NCBI RefSeq assembly: GCF_023055435.1
Contig: NW_025964383.1
Coordinates: forward strand, 43,214,001-43,278,000
Reading direction: 5' to 3'
DNA length: 64,000 bases
Source of the DNA: Haliotis rufescens
Taxonomy: Eukaryota
Shown here: piece by piece, positions 22,432 to 36,350 of the stretch
Position numbering within the stretch: the first letter of the stretch is position 1
Layout: each line of letters begins with the position of its first letter
The notes under the pieces: generated by a model
What the model was told of the DNA's origin: nothing
Databases searched by the model: none
The model's input: the letters and a program-made list of their open reading frames with translations, nothing else
Translations under genes and position numbers: made by a program

Positions 22432-23890
22432 CCATGGTAAGCACCACTTCCCCCTACTTGCTTGTCTTAGTAATGACCCCCGTCTTACAATTGATGAACG
22501 CAGATCTTACCAAAGGAGGAAAGTAAGTAGATACACCATGTTCTCAAAATGATTTAAGCTGCGCTAACATACAACAGCGTAGCATGGCCTTTGGGACATA
22601 TTTATAACAGGATTTGTGTCTTAAGAATGCCAATTTAGATGATCATAAATTCATAATATATATATCGTGGCATCCTAACAATGGAAACATGGGAGGGACA
22701 CTGCCGCGTTGTCGCCCTTCCAAAACCAAGCTTACGGTGAGAGAATCAATCAAAGAGCGACAATATTTGTTTTTTACCAAACGCTACAATGCAACATTGA
22801 GCAATCTTTCAAAGGCGAAATTTTTCGCCATGTCCGGCTTTGTCTGGTTGTGTCACTTTTGCCTGATTTTGTAAGAGCGTCAAGGCGATAAAACAACAAC
22901 CTGAATATCCTTCTCCATAATCAACTGCTCTTACGTGTGTGTGCGCTCGTCCTGGGATCCCTAAAGCTTTTGTCAAACTGCTCTCTTTCCAGAAACCGGA
23001 TTCAGCCGTGTATAGATACTTCGTGATGGGGACAATTGGGTGTTGACCAGTAGAAACGCTTCACATTAAGGTTGAACATGTGACATATCTATTTTTGACA
23101 ATTCTTGTGACTAAATAATTCTTTCATCCGGTTTACTTCGTTTACCTATGAATCATTCTTCCTAGAACGCCATTCGGCACGGATATTCATGGTGGTATTA
23201 TGTCTTTTTAATGCTCAACTCAATTCCGGATGGTACGGGGTTCGTCATTTGTTTTAAGCAGGGAAATAATAACGGGCTTGTTCAAGTCAGGGTTTTCTAG
23301 GGGGTGATGTTGTGGGACGTTCTCAAGTTACTATTTCAGAATGTCATGGCATATAAACGTTTCTGTTTGGTTTATTTGTCACGAACTAACAATACAATGC
23401 TGAATGTCGGTAAATGGAAATGGCCTGGTCAGTGTGACATAAGTTGTAGTGGGTCCCCAATAAGGATACAGCATACATGTTTGTACGAACGTTTATGTAT
23501 GAATCTTTGGGGCTTTGGTAATCCTTGGGTAATCCTTTGGTAACAAACAAAATATTTTCTGTCAATCCATGTCAATGCGACATTTGTTACAGAAATGTTC
23601 CCACATTTTCTCATTTGATGTTTTTAGTGTTTATGTTTACATCTAGTTTGATCAGAACATGGTTTATCAACTATGTTTTATCGACCCGCGAAAAGCGCAT
23701 ACATTTATCACGTCAACCCGTCATAAGTGAATACAGACATGAGGAGATTTCAGAAGCGTATACATACATCACATGAACCTTTCACAAATAAATAAACGCA
23801 TACCAAGAACATGTCATAAATGAATACATCTGTTTCGAGAAACCATGATGAATGAATAGACTGATATCGAGAATCCGTCATAAGTGAATA

Positions 23891-24174
23891 GGGGGGCACG
23901 GGTGGCCCAGTCGTCTAAGTTGCCGCGATTCGCTGTGCAGAGTAACGTCCCTTGGGCACGCCAGAAACCTATGATTGTGGGTTCGAATCCCGGTTCGTCC
24001 CCATTATGTTTCTAGGTTTGTCAGCACCATACCCGTGCTCGTGGGTTTCACCGAAGTGGTAAATGTCCGAGACCTGCATCACTTCAGGCTTTCCTACCTT
24101 ATTAAGCTGACACACTGCGATATAACTGGAATACTGTTAAATGTTGTGTTAAAAAACTCACTCACTCACTCACT
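23891..24174 (+). mobile_element. tRNA-derived SINE, family A, inserted in the edge of the 32-bp array
   Basis: Full head and tail; flanked by CATAAGTGAATA on both sides. Confidence 0.9.
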
Positions 24175-27100
24175 CATAAGTGAATAGACAGATATCGAGA
24201 AACAGTCATAAGGGAATAGATACATATCGAGAAAACATCATAAGTGAATAGCCAGATATCGAGAACCCAGGTATCGAGAACCCGTCATAAGTGAATAGAC
24301 AGATATCGAGAACCCCTCATAAGTGAATAGACAGATATCAAGAACCCAGATATTGAGAACCAATCATAAGTGAATAGACAGATATTGAGAACCCGTCATA
24401 AGTGAATAGACAGATATCAAGAACCCAGATATCGAGAACCAATCATAAGTGAATAGACAGATATTGAGAACCCGTCATAAGTGAATAGACAGATATCAAG
24501 AACCCAGATATCGAGAACCAATCATAAGTGAATAGACAGATATTGAGAACCCGTCATAAGTGAATAGACAGATATCAAGAACACCACATAAGTGAATAGA
24601 CAGATATCGAGAACCCCTCATAAGTGAATAGACAGATATCAAGAACCCAGATATCGAGAACCAATCATAAGTGAATAGACAGATATTGAGAACCCCTCAT
24701 TAGTGAATAGACAGATATCAAGAACCCAGATATCGAGAACCCATCATATGTGAATAGCCAGATATTGAGAAACCCTCATAAGTGAATAGACAGATATCAA
24801 GAACCCAGATATCGAGAACCTATCATATGTGAATAGCCAGATATTGAGAAACCCTCATAAGTGTATAGACACATATTGAAAACCCCTCATAAGTGAATAG
24901 ACAGATATCGAGAACCCAGATATTGAGAAACCATCATAAGTGAATAGACAGATATTGAGAACCCGTCATAAGTGAATAGACAGATATCGAGAACCCAGAT
25001 ATTGAGAACCCATCATAAGTGAATAGACAGATATCGAGAACCCAGATATCGAGAACCCATCATAAGTGAATAGACAGATATTGAGAACCCGTCATAAGTG
25101 AATAGACAGATATCAAGAACCCAGATATCGAGAACCAATCATAAGTGAATAGACAGATATTGAGAACCCGTCATAAGTGAATAGACAGATATTGAGAACC
25201 CGTCATAAGTGAATAGACAGATATCAAGAACCCAGATATCGAGAACCAATCATAAGTGAATAGACAGATATTGAGAACCCGTCATAAGTGAATAGACAGA
25301 TATCGAGAACCCAGATATCGAGAACCTAACATAAGTGTATAGACACATATTGAAAACCCCTCATGAGTGAATAGACAGATATCGAGAACCCAGATATTGA
25401 GAACCCATCATAAGTGAATAGACAGATATTGAGAACCCCTCATAAGTGAATAGACAGATATCGAGAACCCAGATATTGAGAACCCATCATAAGTGAATAG
25501 ACAGATATCGAGAACCCATCATAAGTGAATAGACAGATATCGAGAACCCAGATATTGAGAACCCATCATAAGTGAATAGACAGATATTGAGAACCCCTCA
25601 TAAGGGAAGAGACAGATATCGAGAACCCAGATATTGAGAACCCATCATAAGTGAATAGACAGATATCGAGAACCCAGATATCGAGAACCTATCATAAGTG
25701 AATAGACAGATATCGAGAACCCAGATATTGAGAACCCATCATAAGTGAATAGACAGATATTGAGAACCCCTCATAAGTGAATAGACAGATATCGAGAACC
25801 CAGATATCGAGAACCTATCATAAGTGAATAGACAGATATCGAGAACCCAGATATTGAGAACCCATCATAAGTGAATAGACAGATATCGAGAACCCAGATA
25901 TTGAGAACCCATCATAAGTGAATAGACAGATATCGAGAACCCATCATCAGTGAATAGACAGATATCGAGAACCCAGATATCGAGAACCTATCATAAGTGT
26001 ATAGACACATATTGAAAACCCCTCATAAGTTTATAGACAGATATCGAGAACCCAGATATTGAGAACCCATCATAAGTGAATAGACAGATATCGAAAACCC
26101 CTCATAAGTGAATAGACAGATACCGAGAACCCAGATATTGAGAACCCATCATAAGTGATTAGACAGATATTGAGAACCCAGATATCGAGAACCTATCATA
26201 AGTGAATAGACAGATACCGAGAACCCAGATATTGAGAACCCATCATAAGTGATTAGACAGATATTGAGAACCTGCCACAAGTGAATACACAGGTATTGAG
26301 AACCATTCATATGTGAATAGACAGATATATAGAACCTGCCACAAGTGAATAGACAGACATCGAGAACCCGTCATATGTGAATAGACAGATATTGAGAACC
26401 CATCATATGTGAATAGACAGATATATAGAACCTGCCACAAGTGAATAGACAGACATCGAGAACCCGTCATATGTGAACAGAAAGATATCGAGAACATGTC
26501 ATATGTGAATAGACAGGTATCGAGAACCTGTCATATGTGAATAGACAGATATATAGAACCTGCCACAAGTGAATAGACAGACATTGAGAACCCGTCATAT
26601 GTGAACAGAAAGATATCGAGAACATGTCATATGTGAATAGACAGGTATCGAGAACCTGTCATATGTGAATAGACAGATATCGAGAACCCGTCATATGTGA
26701 ACAGAAAGATATCGAGAACATGTCATATGTTAATAGACAGGTATCGAGAACCTGTCATATGTGAATAGACAGATATCGAGAACCCATCATATGTGAATAG
26801 ACAGATATCGAGAACCCATCATATGTGAATAGACAGATATCGAGAACCCATCATATGTGAATAGACAGATATCGAGAACCCATCATATGTGAATAGACAG
26901 GTATCGAGAACCTGTCATATGTGAATAGACAGATATCGAGAACATGTCATATGTGAATAGACAGGTATCGAGAACCTGTCATATGTGAATAGACAGATAT
27001 CGAGAACCCATCATATGTGAATAGACAGGTATCGAGAACCTGTCATATGTGAATAGACAGATATCGAGAGCATGTCATATGTGAATAGACAGATATCGAG

Positions 27101-27841
27101 AACCTGTCATATGTGAATAGACAGATATCGAGAACATGTCATATGTGAATAGACAGATATCGAGAACCTGTCATATGTGAATAGACAGATATCGAGAACA
27201 TGTCATATGTGAATAGACAGATATCGAGAACCTGTCATATGTGAATAGACAGATATCGAGAACATGTCATATGTGAATAGACAGGTATCGAGAACCCATC
27301 ATATGTGAATAGACAGATATCGAGAACCCATCATATGTGAATAGACAGGTATCGAGAACCTGTCATATGTGAATAGACAGATATCGAGAACCCATCATAT
27401 GTGAATAGACAGATATCGAGAACCCATCATATGTGAATAGACAGGTATCGAGAACCTGTCATATGTGAATAGACAGATATCGAGAACCCATCATATGTGA
27501 ATAGACAGATATCGAGAACCCATCATATGTGAATAGACAGATATCAAGAACCCATCATATGTGAATAGACAGATATTGAGAACCCATCATATGTGAATAG
27601 ACAGATACTGAGAACCTGTCATATGTGAATAGACAGATATCGAGAACCTGTCATATGTGAATAGACAGATATCGAGAACCTGTCATATGTGAATAGACAG
27701 ATATCGAGAACCCATCATATGTGAATAGACAGATATCGAGAACATGTCATATGTGAATAGACAGATATCGAGAACATGTCATATGTGAATAGACAGATAT
27801 TGAGAACCTGTCATATGTGAATGGACAGATATTGAGAACCA
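24175..27841 (+). repeat. 32-bp minisatellite array (about 3.7 kb) with 47-bp variants
   Basis: Unit TCAT(A/T)...GTGAATAGACAGATATCGAGAACCC(A/G). Many left-half units carry an extra 15-bp AGATATCGAGAACCC. Degenerate units start near 23715. Confidence 0.97.
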
Positions 27842-29153
27842 TTAACTGTAAGCAGTCTGTCAAGTTATTATTGTTATGTATTATAAGAACTTACTTCCAC
27901 AGGTTTTCTATACTTACGGAGTTGTATACATAGAAAATGTGTGCACACTTTGCGATATATTACCCAGTCCCAACATTTTCTTACTTTATATCGCCACAAA
28001 CTTTAAAAGATATTGATGTTAATTCATAATTGTTTTTATCTATTTCTGCCCTGGAATATTTAGGAGATAAACCTACTGTGTTTTCATTGTTAATGTAGTC
28101 CCACTGTAGCGCTTTAGCTAATCGACAGTGTGCTACATAAAATTTCAAAACGCAGAAGGTTTTTTCCATTCTTCCATGACGGCGAAAAGGCTTGGACAAA
28201 GGAAGGTAGTTATATTAATTAGTTATAGTTATTTTCAAGCTTAAAATACTCATAGACTTGACAAGTTCAAGATAACGGTTCAAAATACAAAGTTTTTCTT
28301 CAAAAAGCCCTCCGATGACATATGTTTTAAATCATCGCAACCTGTTGCGGTTTTTTTAACTGTTTGGATTCGTGGATTCATACAGTTTGCACATCGGTTT
28401 TTGATTCATACCTCAATGAACCGAAATAAATACACAGTCAATCCTTAATTTAAATATCAAGTTTCTTGATTTATTTCATAGAATTTCGTGCAGAATTCAT
28501 CCACTGGCAATTAAAACCGGCCACAATACTTTCACTAGGAGCACACATGGATCAATACTATGTTACAAAACAAGAAACATCCATATCTTTGACTTTTTAT
28601 GTGGGAAACATAATTATGAGAAACATAAAAGTGATTTTACAACACTCGGGGAAATTATCCATGAACCACCTTGGCTGAGCCACCAATTCAGAAATTTATC
28701 TGATATTGAAACAGCTGGTATAACGCAGGTATCCATACCGTCAAAAGGCAGTTGCACAAACCAAGGCCTCGTGAACTTTCATTTTCTTAATATTAATGCA
28801 CATTCTTTGGCTATAAAAGAGTGACATAGAATTTCATAGAAATATGTGGGGGGCATCAGATTCAATATGTGCAGGTGTAGGTCCTTTCACGAATAAACAA
28901 GAGTTACTTTGTTCATCGAGGCGGCTAAACATGGCGTCTGAAAAACTTTTAAACCGTCACTGAAGAAGGAGGTCGTGCACAATCCTTACCAAAGTGGCGG
29001 AATGCTACCAGTAAACTGCATTTAAACCTTACGCGTACATTGTTTAATTGTATTGCTTTGTGGGACATCTGGCCGCATTGTGTAACGTTATGGCAATGTA
29101 GTGACCAGGAAGAGGCTCAACAGACGTGCCATCTCACGGACTAGGGACTAAAG

Positions 29154-31147
29154 AACAGTGTATATATATGCTACAGTTTCTGTTTAATGCAATTTTATAT
29201 TCGGGCACGTATCCGTCTGACTGGACGTTAGGTGTTATATTACCCTTGCATAAGAAGGGCAGTTCTAGTCTACCAGCTAATTATCGTCCTATTACATTAT
29301 TGGAAGTTTCTGGGAAGATTCTTGCTAAAGTTATTAGTAATAGGTTGTATAGATGGGCAGAGCAGGAACAGTTTTTCACTCCGGAACAAGCAGGTTTTAG
29401 ACGTGGATTCCAAACTACTGATAAAATCTTTATTTTACACACAGTTATCAATAAATATCTCTCGTTGCATAAGGTTCGCCTTTACTCTGCCTTCATTGAC
29501 CTGAAAGCAGCTTTTGATTTTGTAGACAGGACGAGTCTTTTATTCAAACTCTGGTCTGGTAATGTTAAAGGCAGAATGTATAATTTATTAAGAAATATGT
29601 ATGCAAAATTAAAGTCATGTGTCTCGCTTGAAAAGGGCACGGACCTATACAAGTCCGTGAAAAGGGTTACACTCCATTCTTTGATTGTGCATTTGGCGTA
29701 CGTCAAGGGTGCCAGTTATCTCCCTTTTTGTTTTCTTTCTTTATCAATGATTTGGTAGATTTTCTAGCCCTAGACGGTCAAAGATGTATAAGTTTAAACT
29801 TTATTGAGTTGTTTATTTTGCTTTTGGCAGACAAAAATTGTTTTGTTTGACAGTACACCATTGGGATTGCAAAGGAGAATTAACAAACTAGATTCCTATT
29901 GTCAGAAATGGAAGCTTAAAATAAATACTGATAAAAGTAAAGTTATTGTATTTAGAAAAGCTGGCAGATTGAGGAAATATGAGAAATTTTATTTGGGTAG
30001 AGAAAACCTAGAAATCGTTAAATCGTATAAATACTTGGGCGTTCATTTTTTTAGTTCTGGCAGTTGGTATATTACACAGAAAATATTAGCTGAACAGGCA
30101 TGGAAAGTGTTATCATTAGCTAGATCATCAATTAAGGATTTTTACAGTTTACCACTTAAGGTTTTATTGCATATTTTTGATGTAAAAATTGTACCTATTT
30201 TGCTATATGGAGCCGAAGTTTGGGGTTTTCACTCTTCGCCTAATATTCTTCAAGTTCAGGATAAGTTTTGTAAACAAATACTAAGACTTTCTGTCTCGAC
30301 TCCAAACATTGTAGCTCGTGGTGAGCTTGGCAGGTACTCTTTGAATGTCAATAAACACATTAACATAGTTAAATATTGGACGAGGTGCATAAGTCAAAAG
30401 GAAAATATAATATTGTACAATGTATATAGATATCAGTATAGTTAAGCAGATAAAAATATAGATTGTTGGGCACTAAAAGTAAAAAACCTATTGTTCACTT
30501 ATGGTTTTGGACAGGTATGGATGGAGCAGCGTGTTGTCAATGTCCAACAATTTCTAGTCGAGTTTAAACAAAGATGTATTGACATTGACGTTCAAAATTG
30601 GCTATCAGACCTTGGTAAATATTCTAAACTTGAAATGTACAGACAAATTAAGGTGCAGTTAAGCGGAGAAGATTATTTTAATGTAATTAATGTAAAAGCT
30701 TATTGCATAGCGTTATGCAAGTTCCGCTGTTCCAACCACGACCTAATGATCGAGTACGGTCGACGTCTCAAACTTGACCGTAAGAATCGCCTTTGTCCCT
30801 TTTGTGTAATACCTAATATTGAATCAGAACTACATTTTTGTCTTGAATGTCCATTTTATCAGGACTTAAGAGAAAGTCTTATTCTAGAATTTTATTATAA
30901 ATTCCCATCGAACAATAAACTTATTTTATTATTCACATCACGGAAAATCACGGTCATAAATAATTTGGCTATATTTATCTTTTTAGCTTTAAAGAAACGT
31001 AGTAAATATTTTGCATAATATGGATGTCCATCATTTACTATTTGCATAAACAAAACTGTAATCATATTATATGGCGCTTCAGCGCTTATTATGTCAAGTT
31101 TCATGTATAATTGGCCGGTGGCCCCTTTACCGTAATAAACACGCTCT
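29154..31147 (+). mobile_element. 5'-truncated RTE-X-like LINE (RT and C-terminal domain), degenerate
   Basis: NYRPITLL, EQAGFR, FIDLKAAFD, GVRQGCQLSP, YKYLG, KFRCSNHDL, RLCPFC...ESELHFCLEC; 3' AATAAA; candidate TSD ACTAAAG (29147-29153 and 31148-31154). Confidence 0.9.
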
Positions 31148-32399
31148 ACTAAAGGGCCAAAACTCAAGCTGGTGGACCGATGGATTGTCGCGTAAGGCGA
31201 TAACGGACAAAAAAGAAATTGTGCTTGAAAACATGACTTTGCAAAAGTATGTGTAGGCAATTAACTTTTGCCTGCATGGTCGTTAAACCAATTTTCAGTT
31301 AGAATTTGTTGACATTACATATAAATATACCAAGAAAGCACGCAATGGTTAGAAACCCCCTTGTGACGATAGAATGTAAGAATGACATAATATGACAGAG
31401 GTTAACTTTGGGTGTTTTGGGGTGGTAAATATCCTGTATTAGCCAAGGTTCGCCATTGTAATGTTTATTCCTTATACAATATATTAAACTATCCCAAAAC
31501 ACATTCGCATGATAACATCTATAGACCGTGGGTAATGTCTGCTGGGACTCAAATGGAAACCAGTTGGCAAAGCCTTGTCAAGTTGTTTCACATCGCTCAG
31601 TCTATACCCCAAGTGGAGCCCATGCCTACATTGTACTTGTTGCTGGAGAGGTTTCACTGTAATGCAAACACCGGTCCCGGCACGAAACGGTCAATGTTCA
31701 TATTTTAACATAATCGTACCATATACAACCACTGTTATTTTTGTAATTTTAATAGCCAGGGGACTACAAATCTATTAATGCAAGAAACGTAACGTTGGTT
31801 AGTGAAAGGTTGACGTGGTAGGGTGAAGACGATTATGTCTGAAGCGTAACTTTACAGGGAATTGCAGGGTACGTCAACACAACGCGGATCTAAAATGATG
31901 CGGATGTGCGGGTGCCAAGGAGGAAGGACTATTTGTATATGGGTACTGATGACAGATAGGCCGAGATTTCGGTCAATGTCAACCGCGAAGGTCAGCCTGA
32001 CCTCAAATTATCCCGAAAGGAATAACAGGTTTCTTCGAAGTACGTCGAGAACTATAGCCTACATACCCCGACTTGTGGGCACTTTTAGCTACACGAAAAC
32101 CACGGTGGGGTCAGGCTGCAGTGTCCCTGTCTCTTGGTGCAATGTAAACACAGGTGTGGGATGTATTCAATACAGCCATTGATAATCTGTACTTCATTCT
32201 CATTACCCACGGGAATGCAACAAAGCGAAATTCGGTCAATGATAGGTTGTGGTGACCGAACTAGATCCGTGACAGGGTGAACGCAGTCGTGTGTGGAAAT
32301 ATTTATATACCGGGAATATCGTCACGACACGGAACACTGAGTGCAACAGTGCGTCATGACTAGCGGGTACGGGGATGGGGGTGCGGTCAGGGGCTTCAC

Positions 32400-32760
32400 A
32401 AACAACACACCTACAAACAAACAAACAAACAAACAAACACACACACAATCACACATTCACACCACATCCCCATGCAAACAAACACACATAAAGAAAGAAA
32501 CGTGCAAATACAATTACACAAACGCATTTATATAATCACAGATACGCACACAAATAATCACACACGCGTTCACGCATTCATACACACACAAACACGTACA
32601 CAATCACACATCCATGCACACAATAACACGCACATACTCTCTCTCTCTCTCACTAACTCTCTTTTTCTCTCTCTCTCTCTCTCCCCCCAACCCCCCCCCC
32701 CCCCCCACACACACACACATACACACACACACAGCTACACACACTCTCTAGCTCACACAA
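32400..32760 (+). repeat. Compound microsatellite region (CA/CT/AAAC/poly-C)
   Basis: Visible low-complexity runs. Confidence 0.9.
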
Positions 32761-32904
32761 GAAACAAGAAAAAGAAAATCTAAGTGAAATCAAAGCCACC
32801 AAGAAGAACTGAAAATGAAAATAGAAAAACGTGACTCTACCCCCCAAAAAAAACTTTTTACGTGTAGATAGACAAGAAGCGCTGTGTCAGATCATCACGT
32901 GGCG

Positions 32905-33108
32905 TTAGTCGTAAGAGGCGGCTAACGGGATCGGGTGGTCAGGCTCGCTGACTTGGTTGATGCATGTCATCGTATCCCATTTAAGTAGATCGTTACGAGT
33001 GATTCCAGGCACTGGATTGTCTGGTCCAGACTCGATTATTTAAAGACCGCCGTCATATAGCTGGAATATTGCTTAGTGCGGCGTCAATCAACAAACAAAC
33101 AAACAAAA
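32905..33108 (+). mobile_element. Short retroposon family C, 5'-truncated
   Basis: GTCGTAAGAGGCGGCTAACGGGATCGGGTGG...(AAAC)n. Confidence 0.85.
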
Positions 33109-33884
33109 ATATGTCATGGTTACAGGGCAATTAGCCTTTTAAATTGAATGTCCATTCCGACAAAGTTTGTCCCAAATCGGTCGCTATGACAGTAGCAAAC
33201 ATGCTGTTTGAAATTTCAACATGTACATGATGCAACTACAATGACACGGTGTACGTTATGGCACGCAGAGCGCTTTTACAGATAATCTCTGACTATGGCC
33301 ACAACCAATGAACGTAACGCGAGGAAGATCACGAACAAATACCTGCCTCAGTGGCATGTTTTTAGAGGCTTTACGGTCATCGACCGGTGACTCTCATTTC
33401 TCATGACCCATATTGGTGTCGTGTTTCAGACTCTGATGGAGAACTGCTGAGTTTAGAGAAATCGTTTCCTAATGCATAGCGTGTTGGCTGTATACGGATT
33501 CTGATATAAGTAAACGACTCAAAACTTTCTCCAATCAAAACAGTCGGGTAAGTTTGATCAAATTCATATTTTTTCAACACTGTTCACAAAATATGATACA
33601 TTGTCTATAAATGGACGCATGTGCACGAAGATTTTCATTTTCAGAGTCGCGAAGCAGCTTTATAAATACGGTACACATTTAAAGTATATATTGTTTAGGT
33701 GTCAGGGATTGTGATGTCTAGCCTTCGATATACGAGTTGGGATGGAGTGAGTTTATAGTTGCTGATTGTTTTGGATAGTGACCTGTGTTATCAGAAAAAA
33801 AAGTTAAAAGCATGTCTATTGGTAAGTTCGTCAAAGCTGTGATATTTGAATATGATCATGAGTGCACATTTAAAAAAAAAATTC

Positions 33885-34139
33885 ATGTTGTTTAAAGCCC
33901 GACTCAGCACTATTCCAGCTATATGACAGCGTTCTGTAAAGAATCGAGTCTGGACCATACAATCCAGTGATTGACATTATGAGCATCGATCCACGCAATT
34001 TGGATACGATGACGTGCATCAACCAAGTCAGCGAGCCTGACCACCCGATCCCGTTAGTCGCCTCTTACGACAAGCATAGTCGCCTTTTACGACAGGCTTG
34101 GGTTGCTGAAGGCCTATTTACCCCGGATCTTCACGGGTC
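33885..34139 (-). mobile_element. Short retroposon family C, full-length
   Basis: Reverse complement starts GACCCGTGAAGATCCGGGGT and ends in the shared tail. Confidence 0.85.
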
Positions 34140-34737
34140 ACGAATGCACTTAAATTGAACTCATCTGTTCAGTATAATTTAGTATGATTACTGAGTTTTG
34201 CTCCACGGGTCACTGTGACCTTGTTTGTTTTCGTCCAAAGGACAGTACTGATTGCACTCTTGATTGACATACTTACGTGCAGGTGTGTAGATTCGTGGAC
34301 TCATGTCACCGATTTAGTTAGAGGACACGTGACAACAAAAACGCTATAGGGAAGTAAGACACTATTGACAATAGCCGTATTGTTATGGAGGCTCGCTGCT
34401 ATGCCGATAATGCCCTCAATAAGTCTGTGTCTTGAATAACAAGCTGTCTTTTGTCCAACAGTGGGACTCTTCGTGGAATTTTCAAACAGGCACCTTGTAC
34501 ATAGCAGTTTTTGTTAGATCGGCCATGGGATACGTTCCTTCCGCGACCAATCACGGGAACACTTCCCGTTTTCTACGAAGAGCACCATGAACACGGCGTC
34601 AGGAGTTCTCGGTACATGTGAAACATGGGGTTGAATCCACATCAGGAACCCCAAAACATCCCGATATTGCCGACTACAATGGTCGGGTTTATAGGAATAA
34701 CAATTGTAAAAATAACAATAACAACGACGCTGCTGTG

Positions 34738-34738
34738 G

Positions 34739-34780
<42 letters not shown>

Positions 34781-35095
34781 TTACGACTTCTTCTTCTACA
34801 ACTACTACTATTACTATTTCTGTTACTACTACTATTACTTTTACTATTACTACTACTGCTACTACTAATACCACTACTACTACTACTACCACTACTACTA
34901 CTACTACTGCTACTACCACTACTTCTACTACTATTACAACTTCTTCTTCTACTACTGCTACTATTACTATTTCTGTTACAACTACTTCTACTATTACTAC
35001 TACTACTACCACTACTTCTTCTTCTTCTACTACTACTACTCCTACTCCTACTACTACTACTGCTGCTGCTGCTGCTACTACTACTACCACTACAA
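34738..35095 (+). repeat. (ACT)n trinucleotide microsatellite
   Basis: Imperfect ACT run; explains the poly-T/L/S/V ORFs. Confidence 0.97.
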
Positions 35096-35371
35096 TTATT
35101 CATAGAATCCGAGGTGTGGGGTGACAATTGCCTCCCTAGATTTTTTCATAGAAAACAGTTTCATTTGAAGTTGGGGACAAGTGTTACTTGTACAAATATT
35201 TGCCCCCCCCCCCCCCCCCCCCCCCCGTCAAAAAAAGTTAACTACGGCCTTGGTGCACATCTTATTTCTGTGATTTAGACCACCCGTGCCCAACTTGTTC
35301 GACGCAGATTGTGGCGTAAAACAATACTCACTCACGACTCTAGTACATACAAGTATATACAGCTTTGCATA

Positions 35372-35976
35372 TGTTACAGTGCAAACCATTTCAATACTTT
35401 TATTTAAAATAGTGCAAACCATTTCAATACTTTTATTTTACATTTCATTTATCTAAATACCTAACTGGTTCAACATGTTTCCAAGTGCACCGAAATTTCT
35501 ATGCCCTTTGTCTGTTTAATATATTCAGCAAACATTCGACGTATCCCCTCTTATCATAACCCCCTCCGGGCAGGACCCTTAATCTCCAGGGCTATCTATA
35601 AATTTCAATTAACACCTCCTAACGTCGCCGGATCTTACGTATATAAATACACGTGGGACAATGACCTTGCCACACGTTACGTAATACCTCGCTCTAAAAA
35701 ACCCGACTGACATGGTCAGTCAGGGAAACAGCCTAGAGAGACAGCCTAGAGAAGAGCCAGAAGGTAAGTGACAGAACGGTTCTCCCACCCGGGAACATTG
35801 GCCACTCGGTCCCGGTGTGCGTTCTGTCACGTTATTATCAACATGTACCTTATCGAATGTCATTTCAACCATCAACAATAAATATGGCTGCTGTCGTCTA
35901 AACTTCACCCCTGAGTTTTGTCTTCCGTCTCCACCCTGAGCTACCATCCGAGGGCCGAAACTAACGCCCTTGGACA
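35372..35976 (+). repeat. 5' LTR
   Basis: TGTTACAG...TTGGACA; TATATAAATA at about 35640, AATAAA at about 35877. Confidence 0.95.
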
Positions 35977-36136
35977 GATGATGGAGAATAATCCGGGTAG
36001 CGTGAGTTTGCTGTGACTCACGCACGATCCCCCTACCCTAACTCGCAGCAAAGCAAATGGTAGTTCAGAGTTGATGGGAGACAAAAAGCAGCGTCAAGCC
36101 AGCCGCCATCTTGACGGGGAAACGAAGAAGATGACA

Positions 36137-36350
36137 GACAGCACCCCAGCCAACCCGATCGTCAGCAACAGACGCACCCCAGCCAACCCGATCGTCAGCA
36201 ACAGACGCACCCCAGCCAACCCGATCGTCAGCAACAGACAACACCCCAGCCAACCCGATCGTCAGCAACAGACGCACCCCAGCCAACCCGATCGTCAGCA
36301 ACACACAGCAGCCCAGCCTACCCCATCGTCAGCAACAGACAGCAGCCCAG
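36137..36350 (+). repeat. 33-bp tandem repeat (about 6 copies) inside the LTR element
   Basis: GACGCACCCCAGCCAACCCGATCGTCAGCAACA units. Confidence 0.9.

Noticed and set aside
24175-27841. CRISPR-like array (32-bp repeats); also the 62-bp and 20-bp arrays
   Set aside because: Units are head-to-tail with no unique spacers, there are no cas genes, and the context is eukaryotic.
28953-29001. Hammerhead ribozyme (CTGAAGA...)
   Set aside because: No GAAA after stem II and no stem III/NUH; only a simple hairpin.
34618-35278. Mucin-like or poly-Leu/Ser/Val ORFs
   Set aside because: Translations of the (ACT)n microsatellite.
35930-35965. Retrozyme-type hammerhead in the LTR (CTGAG...GAAAC)
   Set aside because: Lacks the CUGANGA core and the flanking stems.
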